Positions 14,678 through 27,389 of a stretch of 64,000 nucleotides of DNA are shown in pieces. This DNA is from Vicugna vicugna (taxonomy: Eukaryota). The stretch spans positions 8,541,627 through 8,605,626 of the forward strand of contig MU058423.1 of the NCBI GenBank assembly GCA_013265495.1, written 5' to 3'. The stretch's first letter is position 1. Every line of letters begins with the position of its first letter. The position numbers and the translations under genes are program-made. The notes beneath the pieces were generated by a model. That model was not told where the DNA came from and did no database searches. It was given only the letters and a program-made list of their open reading frames with translations.

Positions 14678-15230
14678 TCTGAAGAACACTTGCATGTGTT
14701 CCCAAGGAGAAGCTTCATATGAAAGAGCGAAACAATGGAAACGACATATGTCCAAAGAAGACTGGTTAAATAAACCATGGCAACCCACACCATGGAGTTT
14801 TATGTGTCTGTTAACAAGAGAAGGTACATTTGATGGATACTAGGCAGAAGGTTCTCAAAGACAGACTGTATAATACATCTCATATACCCGTATACTATAA
14901 TATTTGAGTTACTAGATTTGTATTGTGGTTCTTGATGTTTGTTTATTTCATATAAATGGTATCACACTAAACCGTTGCGCTACAGAGGTCTGGAAGATAC
15001 CCACACACCAAACCGACAATATCTGTAACCCTGAGAAGGTACTAAGAGGGAGGGACATAGAAAAGTGGGAAGGATGGTTCAGGAAGACATTAATAAGAGC
15101 CTACTAACATATTACTTTCATTATTAAAAAATCAATATAGAGTTAAACCTTAAAAATTATCAATTTTCAAAAGTAAATAATTATGAAAGAAACCAGAAAA
15201 TGAAGAAACAAAGGGTTCTAACCATCATAC

Positions 15231-15357
15231 CAGAGCCATGAGAATGTCCATGACCTCCATGCTTGAAAACAAATATTCCTATTAGGTTTACCACAAACCC
15301 AAGAATTGAAACAAGCAGCAGTCTCTCATGGTGTACATCTGGGGGGGCCAGTGCTCT
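15231..15357 (-). CDS. SLC30A7: ZnT7 coding exon 5 (127 nt)
   Basis: Acceptor TTTCTAG, donor GTATGA; encodes RALAPPDVHHERLLLVSILGFVVNLIGIFVFKHGGHGHSHGS. Confidence 0.97.
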
Positions 15358-16022
15358 CTAGAAAACACACAATACAAGCAAATTGCATCGATGTAATTCC
15401 TGATGGATCAGCAGGTAAAAACAAAAAGAAATTTTTAAAACTTTTTAGTTATTTTCAGAATTAAAATCACTCCAAAATTATCTTCCAAAACGGTTAAAAG
15501 AAATAAAACCAATGCTCACATACTGCAGAAAAGGTAACAGCTGCTATTTTTAGATAAATACAAACATTTAAAAGCATGAATATTTGGTCTAAGACCATCC
15601 TTCTTTGGAATCTTAAAATATTGTCATTAATTTTAAGTTGATTAATCTTCAAATTTTCTCTTTGTTGTAATATACCAAATATTAAAGATTCACTGGCAAA
15701 ATCTTCAGATTCTATTTTAAGTGCTCTTCCCGTTGGACCACAATGCCAGCATTGTGTCTGTACTTTTCATAGTGTCAATTCTTCATTAACAGCTTGTAAA
15801 GAACTATTATATAATTATTTTCCATTTCAAGTAGTTTTACATAAAATCTTTTCAACTACTTTGTAAGTTCCTCCTGTACCCACATAATTTTATCTAATCC
15901 AAGACCATCCTCAATAAATACTTAATGTTAGTGTAAAAAGTAGCTCTATTACATGTATCTTTAGTTAGTAAACATTTTTATTACGGAAACATAATTTACT
16001 GACTAATTATTATTTACTATAC

Positions 16023-16110
16023 CTCAACTCCTTCAGAGAAAATAAAAAAAGCAGTGAAGATCAAAAACAGGCCATTGACAAAGCCAGCCAGAACTTCTGC
16101 TCTAACATAC
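16023..16110 (-). CDS. SLC30A7: ZnT7 coding exon 4 (88 nt)
   Basis: Acceptor CTTTAG, donor GT; encodes YVRAEVLAGFVNGLFLIFTAFFIFSEGVE (CDF family segment). Confidence 0.97.
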
Positions 16111-18002
16111 CTAAAGGAGAGCAAAGTCAACATCCGCGTTATTAACTTATTCCTTAAAAAAATCAAATCATACAATTCACATATATCCAGAGGTTCTAAA
16201 CTATATTATATGATTATTCTGGCCAAAAAAGTGCAAGCGTTTATCGTATAATATGTTTTATTGTACATATGTTATAAAATTGAGGAAGTGAATTTAATTA
16301 TTATGGATTATGTTTAACCGCAGAATGCCACAAAATACACAGATTTCTACAAGCCAATCAAACAATCTTCTTACAGTAAGTAGGTTTAGAGAGGCCTTTC
16401 ACAGAAACGCAAATTTCAGGTTGCCACTGGAGAAGAAAGAACAGGACCAGGTAAGCAGGCAAAGAAGGAAGCATACAAAGATATAAAGTAGAAAAGAGCT
16501 TGAAAAAAAAGGGATTTTTATAACTTATTAATTCCTTCTTTTCTAAGAACTCTTTATGCTTTCTGCTTTGTACCTTTCAGCTTTCAACTCTTTGGCAAGT
16601 GGAGCTTTGACCTGAAGGAAAATAAAATTATTTCTGAATTATCCCAGAGACAACTTGAGATTTATATTTCTATAACTCTTCTTCTAAGATTAATAAATTT
16701 AACAAAAACTTTTCAATTACCTATGTTTAGAATCAATTCTAGTTTCACATAATTCTAATTAAACTATTTTAAAAATACCTGTCTTTTTCTCCATGGACTT
16801 CTGCAGCTTTCTGCCTCCTACCTATGTGAAGCATTGGGGAAAGATTTTATTTTTCCATGAGGTACAGTGTATATTTCTACACTTGGAAATAATGCATATT
16901 TCTACCTTCTAATACATATAAGTGAATTAAATTAACATATTATTTGTCAAAGCATATACTTCTTTTCATTAAATTCAAAGAATTCACAGCCTGCTTTCCA
17001 TACTCCACACTTAGGAATTTATCCAATATAACAGCAGGGTTACTGCCCCCAAAATAAAAAGCACTTTTCTTTTATTCCACCCTTCTAATCCCATAGCTAA
17101 TGCTTGATTGAAAGCCTTTTGTCCTTGAGTTCCACTAGATTTCAAGATCAAAGGCAAGACTGTTTTTCAGGCATCTTTTTGTCCCTAAAGCTTAGCCTAT
17201 TTAGCTGCTCCATAAATTCTGATAAATTGTTTGGCTAAAGTGATTCAATTAGGCGTAATATATTTGCTAAACTTGGCTGTAGGATTAAAATGAAAAACTT
17301 GTGAAATCTAGACTAGACACACTTGCTTTTACACATGACTAACTACACAGACTTGAACAGACCGAGTGTTGGAATTAAAACATGATCCATGAATGTACTA
17401 TTGCCTATTGAAGTATGATGGTATCTGGATTCTTTAGCCAGGGCAAAGAAGATACAAGTACACATACATACGTATATAAGCATGTGCGTATGCATCTGTC
17501 TACCTATCAGAGGTGTATCACTTTTATTCTGGCTTTGCTATTTCAAAACTAGGACTGTGACAAGACACAAAGATGATTTTACATAAAGAAAGACTGAAAA
17601 GTTTTTCTTGCCTCTCAGACTCCCTCCTATTGCTTCTTCTATTACAGTCGGTCTGCTATTGTGATCATATTAAATAACGGTGGGTTTGGGGATTCATCAC
17701 TGGGCTTAGCCTACTGAGTGTCATTTTGATGTACTGGCACCCGTACATTCACTATTGCCGCTACTTACTACTACAGCAATTACTAATAGTTTCCAATGTT
17801 ACATCAGCTTTTATTCCCTAATTTTTCCCTTCTCAAAAGAAAAAGAACAAAAACAAAAAACAAATAAAGAGAAGGTAGGATAAACAAATTAAAAAGTGGC
17901 AAGAATATTATTCTCATATATTTTAGTTAAAGTTGAATTAGTAAAACCTGCTCTGGTACTGAAGGTGTTCAAAGCTATTCCTAAACACCATCTTACACCA
18001 GG

Positions 18003-18061
18003 AGATTGTGCATTCTAAACAGAAAACAAAAGACTGTGCATTCTAAACAGAAAACAATAGA
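18003..18061. repeat. Tandem duplication, 2 x 28 bp
   Basis: TGTGCATTCTAAACAGAAAACAA repeated with period 28. Confidence 0.9.
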
Positions 18062-18599
18062 TATCCTAACAGTTAAGGAACTGAGGAGAATCTTTATAGT
18101 CACTTACAGTTTATCCAGAAGGATTGTTTAATAAGATATTCTAATCAGATCTTTATATACAATATGTATGAATTACTAATTTTCCAACACAAAATTATAA
18201 CTTCACATACAGTCTTTCTTTAATGATTCAAAATATACTTAAGAATATTTTGATTATACAGTGCCATAAAATAGGTACTTTTCTGAGCTTTCAAGCTGTT
18301 TAGATTTATAAACAGGATCTCTTGCTCTATAGTATAAAAATAATATAATTAGTATCTTTGTTTCACTTTTTATAATTTTACAAGTAACCATATCACTCTG
18401 GTTATACCCCAAACAGCAAGTTCTGTCACAGAATTTCATCTCTCTCTCTTTCAGCACTTGTCACAATCAATGTAAAGTTATCATGGTATTTTTACAGAAC
18501 TGCTTCCTCATCTGACCACAAGCTCTTCTAAGGCAGAAACCCTAACTTACTCCTTTTTATATCATTAGAATTAGCAAAGTATTCAATTCATAGTGGGCC

Positions 18600-19290
18600 C
18601 TTGAAAAACATCAGACGAGAACAAGAGCATGTGGAAGAAGCAGAGTGTGTGCTCAAAGTCAAAAGCAAAGCTGGAAAGAAAGTGGAAGTAGTGGGGGAGC
18701 ACAGGTAGAAGAGAGAACCAGGGGTGCAAGAAACAGCTCCTGTAAAAGGGCGGATGTGAACAGGAGAGGGAGAGAATGAGGGAACCTGCACGGGAAAGGG
18801 GGTGCTCAGGGAAGGAGAACCAGTGAAAGAAGGAAAGAGCACCTGGGAAAGGGAGAGAAAACACTACAGCTGAAGAGGTTGGGACACAAAGGCGAGAAAG
18901 AGCCCGAGAGACACAGTGGCACAGCATAGAGGGGGAGAGCAGGAAAAAGGGAAGAATAAGAGAAAAGACGTGAGGGAGGAAGAAAGAGAGGATGGGGGAG
19001 GAGAAGGGAGAGAGAGATAAAAGGTCATGAGCACAGACCCAAGTAACTGGAGAGAAAGAACAAGAAAGAGGGAAGGGAGTTTAGGAGGGAGGAAAGGGAG
19101 AGGAGGTGCATGAGGATGGGGACAAGAGATGGAGTGAAACAGGAAAGAGGAGAAAAAGGAGAGAATGCAAGCGAGCTCTCACAGGGGAGAGGGAGGGGCA
19201 AAGACAGAGGACAAGTGTCAACAAGTAAGCAGGTCAGAGCGGGGAGCAGGAAAGAGAAAGCGGGTGAGGGCGAGAAAGAAAGAAGATATT
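18600..19290 (+). repeat. GA-rich (polypurine) low-complexity tract
   Basis: About 700 nt strongly biased to G/A on the + strand. Confidence 0.8.
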
Positions 19291-19959
19291 AGTTCTGAGC
19301 GTTGCTTACACATAATTACAATGACATTGTAAAATATTCTATGAGCTCAAAAAAGGAAAACACTCGGGCAGCGTAAATCAAACAATGGAAACCCCACTAT
19401 TCCCCACAACTGGAGATGGCAAAAGGCAAGCCCTGCGTCTGAGGGTACTAGGCTCCGAAGTGAGGCCAGTTGTTCTAAATAAAGTCCCTTCAGCATAAGA
19501 ACACTCTGCAAATATTGGGTTAATCATCCAAATTTAGCAAGAGTATGAGAAATATATTACATAAAAGCAGAGCTGAAGGGAATAAGTAATATAAAATATA
19601 AGTAATATAAATAACGATTTTAAGTAAATTAACAGCAATATATCACCCAAAAAAGAAAAAGAGACATGACCATTTTCACATACTAAAACTTTTTCTTTTT
19701 CCTCCTCTTCAAAAAAACAAAACAAAACAAAACAGGTTAAAGTTGAGAAATTCCCCTTTCTAGTAATAACCTAACCTAAAAATTTTTGGTAAAATCAAGA
19801 TGCAAAAGAGCTTAGATGCAAAAAAAAAAAAAAGGTGGGGTGTTTCAAGGGTTCAAATCACACAAGTGTATTCAATTGTGGAAATTCATCAAGTTTGAGA
19901 ATTATGTTTTTTTTCTGTATTTCTCATACGTTAATTAAAACATTTTTAAAAAGTCTTAC

Positions 19960-20073
19960 CCATAAGAGAAAGCATCATTATCTCTCCATTTTGAAATAAC
20001 AGATGCTGCCAATCCAGCCAAAATGGCAGTGCTATCGAAAAACATGTGAAAGGAGTCGGAAATCAAACCTAAG
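19960..20073 (-). CDS. SLC30A7: ZnT7 coding exon 3 (114 nt)
   Basis: Acceptor TTCCAG, donor GTAAGA; encodes LGLISDSFHMFFDSTAILAGLAASVISKWRDNDAFSY with the TM2 HxxxD zinc ligands. Confidence 0.97.
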
Positions 20074-20229
20074 CTGGAAAAGAATAAACACAATGGCATA
20101 TTATAATAATAACCAAATAGTGGTCATCATTCTCTAAAAATCTAAAAGATTCAGCCTCTACTCATCAGGAACTAATCTTCTAAAAAGACAACATCTAAAT
20201 ATGATACACAGAAAGATACTAAGGATCAT

Positions 20230-20942
20230 TTTCAAGCATCTAAGGAGAAACACTCACACCCCTTGCCCACGGAAAAGCCAACTGCAACTGCAAGAGGGGT
20301 AGAAACGAAGCCATCTGCTGCTGGGTGAGGGGTAGGAATCTGCCCACCCTCTGGTGACTAGGAAAGGTCAGCAGCCACTGAAAGAGACAGAAAAAACAGC
20401 CATCTGCTACTGGGGGCAAGGCTGAAGCCAGCTTGGGCCCAGGATCTTACACTGATACAAAGCAAAGGTCTCCTGTTGGAAGAGGAGCAGGACTCTTGCT
20501 CCTTCTCTCCTTCTCTTGATACAAGGCTGGAGCGAGAGGTGGGAAAAGGGGCAGGGACATTAACAACCCCTACTCTGACCCTCAGGTATAAAGGGTCTGC
20601 CTGATACTGAGGCTGCAACAGGAGAACCAAATACCCAACCCCTAACCCCCTAACCAAAACCTTGATTAAAGTAAAAGACAACAATCTACCACTGAGAGCT
20701 GAGCAAGAGCAGGCTCCCTGGTGGTGCAGGTACGTAGAGCTTGCTGAAAGCTGAGAGAGGAGAAAGAACACTGAAAAAACCCTCCCGTACTCCAAATCTC
20801 ACACCTGAAGCACAAGGTGGTAAAAGCCACTGGAAACATTTGAAGTCTGTGGCTTCTCGAAATTAACTAGCAATACCAAAACACAAAAACCTAGCTCAAC
20901 TATTCACCAGGTAGGTAGGTTCGAAACCCCCTGACCTGACCA

Positions 20943-21008
<66 letters not shown>

Positions 21009-22128
21009 GTGTTCACATTTCTGGGCATAAATACTATTAACATTAGTCTCTATTACTCTTTTAAATATAATATCCAGCACTGAATAAACATTTATAAGGC
21101 ACATAACAAGATGAAGGAAAAACATAAGACCCATCGTCAAGAGTGAAAATAGTCAACAGAATCAGAAGCAGAAGAGGCCTAGAGGTTAGACTGTTACAGG
21201 GACTTTAAGATAAATATGATTGATACATTAAAAGATGTGGTACAAAGCTGCAGAAGATTAATGAACAAGTGGGAACTTTCCACAGAGATAGAAACTATAA
21301 AATAATCAAATGGAAATGATAAAAATTTTAAAAAATTACAATATTGAAGATAAAGAATAACATACATGGGATTCTGAGCAGAAAGGACACAGAGAGAAAG
21401 AACCAGGTCAAAAGAAATTATACAAAGTGAAACACAAAGAAGAAATGAAATGGGGGAAAAAATAACCCAACAAACAGAACAGGGCAGTCAAAACCTTTCA
21501 GAGCATCAAACAGACTAAAGTACATGTATTTAAATTTTCAATAATGGAGAAGAAAGAATAGGGAGGAGAAACTATTTAAAGAGAAAATGCTTGGAGTTTT
21601 CCAAAAAAAAAAAAATGACATATCCAAGAAGTTTAATGAAGTCCAAGCAGGAGAAAACTCCTACCTACCTCACAAACTGCTGAACACCAAACAGAAAGAG
21701 AGAGTCTTAAAGACAGTTAAAAAAATCAAATATGGAAAAACAAAGACATCTATGATAAAGATAAAGATAGCTATGATATAATAACGATAAAGATAAAATA
21801 CGCTATCAAGCATATTTTGCACCAGAAATGACCCAAGGCAGAATGCAATGAAGCAACGTCTTTAAAGTATTGAAAGGAAAAAAAAGTGTCAACTGAAAAT
21901 TCTATATCTAGAAAAATATCTTCCAAAAATGAAGGCAAAAATAGACTTTTTCAGACAATGAAAACAGAGAATTCATTGCCAGCAGATCTGAATTAAAAGA
22001 ATCAGCAGTTCTTCAAGTACAAATACAATACCAGATGGAAACTTAGATCTGTACAAAGAAGATGAAAATGGTAAGTATGTAGGAAAATACTTAAAATAAT
22101 TTTTTAACTTTTAATACCTTTAAAAGAT
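20230..22128 (+). mobile_element. Degraded L1 5' UTR/ORF1 region
   Basis: ORF1-like motifs TCTTTAAAGTATTGAAAG, AAATTCTATATCTAG, AAAAATGAAGGCAAAATAGACTTTTTCAGAC; left boundary approximate. Confidence 0.7.
20943..21005. repeat. (AAT)21 microsatellite
   Basis: Perfect trinucleotide run. Confidence 0.97.
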
Positions 22129-24469
22129 CATTGAGAATAGAAAAAAGGAGGAAAAACCAACAAGCCAAAAGTTGGTTCTTTAGAAGTAGCATCAAAATTC
22201 ACAAACTTTAACTAAACTGACCAAGACAAAAGAGAAAGAACTCAAATTACTAAAGTCAGCAATGAAAGTGAGACAATACTACTAACTTTACAGAAATAAG
22301 AAGGATTGTAACAACTAAATATAAACCAACAAATCAGATAACTCAGATGAAACAGACAGATTCCTAGAAACAATCTACCAAAACTGAGTCAAAAGAAAAT
22401 CTAAAAAGATTCTTAAGTAAACAGATTAAATTAGTAATTCCCAACAAGGCAAGGTTGGTCTACTATATGAAAATCAACCAATATAATACATCATGTCAAT
22501 GGAATAAAGGACAAAAACCACAAGATATCTTAACAGATGCAGAAAAGCATTTGACAAAATCTGACACTTCTATGATAAAAACACTCAATAACCTGTAGTA
22601 GAGGGAACTTCCTGAACAAATAAACAGCACCTACAAAAAACCCACAGCTAACATCAGCATCATTAATGGCCAAAGACTGAATGCTTTCCCCTAAGATCAG
22701 GTATGAGATAAAAAATGTCCACTCAGCACTTCTATTTTACATTGTACTGGAGGATGTAACAAGGGCAATTAGGCAGGAAATGAAATAAAAGGTCCCCCGA
22801 CAGGAAGGGAAGGAGTAAAATTATCTCTATTTGCAAATGGTATGATCTTGGATATACAAAATCTTAAGGCCTCTACTAAAATTATTAAGAACTAAATGAG
22901 CTGGGCAAGATTACAGGATGCAAGATGAATTATATTCTATATAATGTAGTGGTGAACAAAAATGAAATTTAAAAAATTTCCATTTACAATAGCATCAAAA
23001 AATACAATACTTAGGAATAAATTGAACAAAAAAAAAGTACAAAAAGCTATACTCTGGAAACTACAAAATATTGTTGAAAAAAATTAAAGACGACCTAAAT
23101 AAATGGAAAGACATCCATGTTTATGGATCAGAAGACAATACTGTTAAGATGGCAATATTTCCCTCACTGATCTGCAGATTCAACTCACTCCCTATCAAAA
23201 TTCCAGCTAACCTCTTTGGAGAAATTAATAAGCTGCTCTTAAAATTCATATAAAAAAGCAAGGGATCTAGAATAGCCCAAATAATATTAAAAAGAAAAGC
23301 AAAGTTAGAGGACTCACATTTCCCAATTTTGAAACTTATTACAAAGCTACAGTAATCAAAACAATGTTGGTACTGACATAAGAATAAACATATAGGTCAA
23401 CAGAACAGAACTTAAGAGTTCACAAATAAATTCTCACATTTATGGCCAACTGTTTGTTGGCAAGAATGTCAAGATAGTTCAGTGGTGGAAAGAACAGTGT
23501 TTGCAACAAATGGTGCTGATACAGCTGGATATCCATATGCAAAAAATGATTTTTGACCCTTACTTCATACCACACACAAAAATTAACCTAAAAATGGATC
23601 AAAGGCCTAAACATGAAAGCTAAAATATTCACAGTCTTGGATTAGGCAATGGTTCTTATATATGAAAGCAAAAACACAAGCAACAAAAGAAAAAAGAGTA
23701 ACAGACATCACTGAAATTTTAAAACTTCTGTGCTTCAAAGTACAACATCAGGAAAGTAAAAAGATAATGCACAGGTGGGAGAAAATATTTGCCAATCATA
23801 TATCTAACAAGGGATTTACATCCAGAATGTATGAAGATTCTTAAAACTCTTCAAAAAGATAAATTACCCAATTTTTTAAGTGAACAAAGGATCTAAATAG
23901 ACATTTCTCCAAAGAAGACACAAATGGCCAATGAGCGCATGAAGAGATACTCAGCATCACTAATTACAATGCAGGGAAATGCAAATAAAAACGACAGTGA
24001 GAAACAACTTCACACCCACTGGTATGGCTATAATCAAAAAGACCAACAAACACAAGTGTTGATAGAGAAATGGGAGCCTTCCTACACTGCTGAAATATTA
24101 TTTGGCAACTAAACTAAATGAAATAATGAAACATGCAGAACATGGATGACCCTTGAAACCATTATGCTAAGGGAAATAAGCCAGTTATAAAGGATTATAT
24201 GCAAATGATTTCATTTATATGAAATGTTCAGAATAGGCACATACATAAAGATTAGTGATTGAATTAGGGCAGATCAGTCGAAGGAATTAGAGGGTGATGG
24301 CTAGAAGTGCAAAGTTTCTTTTTGGGGTAATAAAAATGCTCTAAAATGGGTTGTTGTGATGGTTTTACAACTCTATGAATATACTAAAAGCCATTCAACT
24401 GTATACCATAAATCAGAGAATTTTAAGGTATATGAATTATATCTCATAAATATATTAATAAAAATATTT
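22129..24469 (+). mobile_element. 5'-truncated L1 (ORF2 remnant and L1MB-like 3' UTR)
   Basis: Peptides LNKWKDIH...KMAIFPSLICRFNSLPIKIP and WEKIFANHISNKG; 3' end GGTATATGAATTATATCTCA; flanked by TTTAAAAGAT on both sides. Confidence 0.85.
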
Positions 24470-24496
24470 TTTAAAAGATATCTGACTTTCTAGGGC

Positions 24497-24712
24497 AGAG
24501 GTCAGCAAGCTATGTCCCACAGGCCAAATCAGGACCACCATCCACTTTTGTAAATAAAGCTTTATTGAAACACAGTGTGCTCATATGTTAACATATTGTC
24601 TATGGCTGCTTCTATGCTACAATAGTTGAATGGAGAAACTGTGACAGAGACTTTTTGACCCTTAAAGCCTAGAATATTTTCTATCTGCTGTCAACAGAAA
24701 AAGTATGCTAAC
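24497..24712 (+). mobile_element. MER58A-like hAT MITE
   Basis: CAGAGGTCAGCAAGCTAT...GGCCAAATC...TTTTGTAAATAAAGCTTTATTGAAACACAG...TATGGCTGCTT. Confidence 0.75.
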
Positions 24713-24869
24713 CTCTCATATAAAGTGAAATGTATGACAAGAATAGCGCACAGGACAGAAGGAAGTGGAAGTGTGTTACTACAAAGTTTTTACAAGATAT
24801 ACAAAGAAATACATTATTTGTGATGTTAAAGAGTCGTATTATACATGCTAAAAAAAAGCCACTAAAGGG

Positions 24870-25670
24870 GGGTGTGCAGGAAATCCTATTGGGCACAGGA
24901 TTCTGCACCAACACAAGGCAGACATTCTGCTATTACTGAAGAAGGAGCAGGAAACTCACTCTCACCCAAGACCATCCACATCTATGTGACAGACTTTGGT
25001 TGTCCTGGAAGGGTGGGTAAAAATGTTGGGGAGAAACCAACTCCTGAGGCCCAGGCTCACAGGGCCTGCCTAAGACTAAGGCTTGGTCAAGTTAATGAAT
25101 GCCCCTCTGCCCTCATCACCAACCTCACACAATCAACAGCCATCTACAGCTTGGCAGGAGAGGGTGCCATGAGCAAGAAGAGAGAGCTTCCGTGACACAT
25201 ACACACATGAAGAATACTGGAAGCAAAAGGCCTAACCAACTAATGACCTGACAGAAGATGCATACCTGCATCTAGTCATAAATACCATTACCTCAATATT
25301 TACCGTTCTTTACTCACAATGTCCAGCCTTTGATCAAAAATTTCAAGAAACACAAAAAAGAGCAAGAAAAATAACTCACTGTGAAGAGATAAAGCAGTCA
25401 ACAGAACCAGATCAAGATATTGGCCCAGATATTGGAACTATCATAATTATAATCAATATGTTAAAGGATCTATGGAAAAGCTGGGGGGAAATGCATGAAT
25501 CAAGGAGAAATTTCAGCAGAGAAATGGGAAGTATGTATTTTTTAACAAAGATTAAGTAGAAATGCTAAAAACAAAAAATAAGGTATCAAAGATGAAGAAT
25601 TCTTCCAGTTGGCTTATCAGAGGACTGGACACAGCTGAGGAAAGAAATCAGTGAACTTTAAGACAAGTCA
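24870..25670 (+). mobile_element. Degraded L1 5' UTR/ORF1 fragment
   Basis: CAGTCAACAGAACCAGA...GATATTGGAACTATCA...AATATGTTAAAGGATCTA...GACTGGACACAGCTGAGGAAAGAAATCAGTGAACTT. Confidence 0.65.
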
Positions 25671-25729
25671 AAGCATGCATATCAGCAGCTCGATCTTTAA
25701 AAACAAGCAGCATCAAAATGGCTAAAAGC

Positions 25730-25955
25730 ACTGCTTCTGAAGTCAGAGTATCTGGGGTCAAATCCCAGGTCTACCGTCTACTAGTTCTGGGACAGTTAAA
25801 TTGCTTAACTACTTCGTACTCCAACTTCGCCACCATTTAAACAGGGTAACATTAAAAAGTGTCATGTTATAATACCTGAGTTAACATATGTGAAGCACTT
25901 ATCACAGTGCTTGTCATATTACAGCCGCATCAGTGTTTCTGTTATTCCTATTATT
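25730..25955 (+). mobile_element. MIR SINE
   Basis: TCTGAAGTCAGA...TCAAATCCCAG...ATGTGAAGCACTTATCACAGTGCTTG. Confidence 0.55.
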
Positions 25956-26961
25956 AATAAAACTATGTTACTATTAATACTTTATAATATCTAGTATTCT
26001 TAATATTTGGCTACATGCTAGAGCTTTCTTGTGCTACAAACAAGTCACTGAAGTAGAAAAAGTTTTTACATTTCCATATAATTTAGGATAATTATAAAAC
26101 TAGAAACTGAAGTAAATAAAGCACATTACTTACCCACACAAAAAAGAACAGTAATTTACAAAGTTCTAAAAATTACATTACAAAGTATTTTTAAATGTCT
26201 TGTTTTATCATGAACCTTGTATATTTTATTCAAATACAGATGCATAAGATAGTTTAAGTACTGCCTGTACCTGTCTGATACTCAAAGCAGGACGAGTGAA
26301 TAAATAAAAAGGTTAAACGAAAAAATTGATACCTGAGGAGAACAAAAGACTCCTGTTATGCAAGCAATCCTCAGATTTGTTATTTTAACATTTTTCCTTG
26401 GATAGTTAGGTCACCATAAAGCTACATACTTGGCCCTTAGCAGCTATGTAACATTGAAAATAATTTAATTGTATTTTGAGGTAGGAAAGACCCATTTGAA
26501 GAATATCTCTGTAATGTGTCATAAAAACCACTTCATAAACACACTGTTTATGATTTTGTTTTCTAAGGTCTGATAAAGGACTAATGTGGTAAGTTATTTC
26601 TAAAATTTAGTTTCAGAAAACAATCTTTCTATTTTGATTAACTGATATAATTTTGTTGTTGTAGTAAAACCTGACAATGAGAATTTTTAACCATTCTGCC
26701 TTGAGTTCATGAAATTTTATAACTAAATTTAAAAGTCAAATTTGGTAATGACATTAGTCTATATATTTAATAGGTTTATTTTTTCCTCTCTCTATATGGT
26801 TGTTAACATTTTTATTTCTTAATTTGAAAGTTTTATTGTATATGACTTTTATTTTAAATAAAGGTAAATTAGTTGTTGAAGAAGGCAAGGTATCCATGCT
26901 AAATGAATATAAATTTTAAAATATATCAATTTTCTGATCTACACATATATTTAGTAAAACC

Positions 26962-27389
26962 TGTTATGGGTTGAATTGTGTCCTCCCCAAAATTTGTAAG
27001 TTGAAGTTCTAATCTCCAGTACCTCTGAATGTGACCTTATTTGGAAGTAGGGTCACTGGAGATGTCATTTGTTGAGACTGAATCATTTAGATGGGCCCAA
27101 ATCCAGTGTGTCTGCTGTTCTTGCAGAACGGGGAAGTTTGGAGGCAGTCAGACTTACACAGGGAGACCACCAAGTGAGGAGAGGACAAAGCTCAGCTGAT
27201 GCTTCTACAAGCCAAGGATCACGAAAGACTGCCAGCAAAGCAACCGACCTCACAGATCTCAGGAAGAACCAAGCCTGCCAACACCTTCATCTCAGACTTT
27301 TGGCCTCCAGAGCTACAAGACAACACATTTCTGTTGTTTAAATCACCACTTTGTGACACTTTGTCAGAGCAGCCCTAGCAAGGTAATAC
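26962..27389 (+). mobile_element. MLT1 (MaLR) solo LTR
   Basis: TGTTATGGGTTGAATTGTGTCC...GAATGTGACCTTATTTGGAA...TGGCCTCCAGAGCT...GCAGCCCTAGCAA. Confidence 0.85.
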
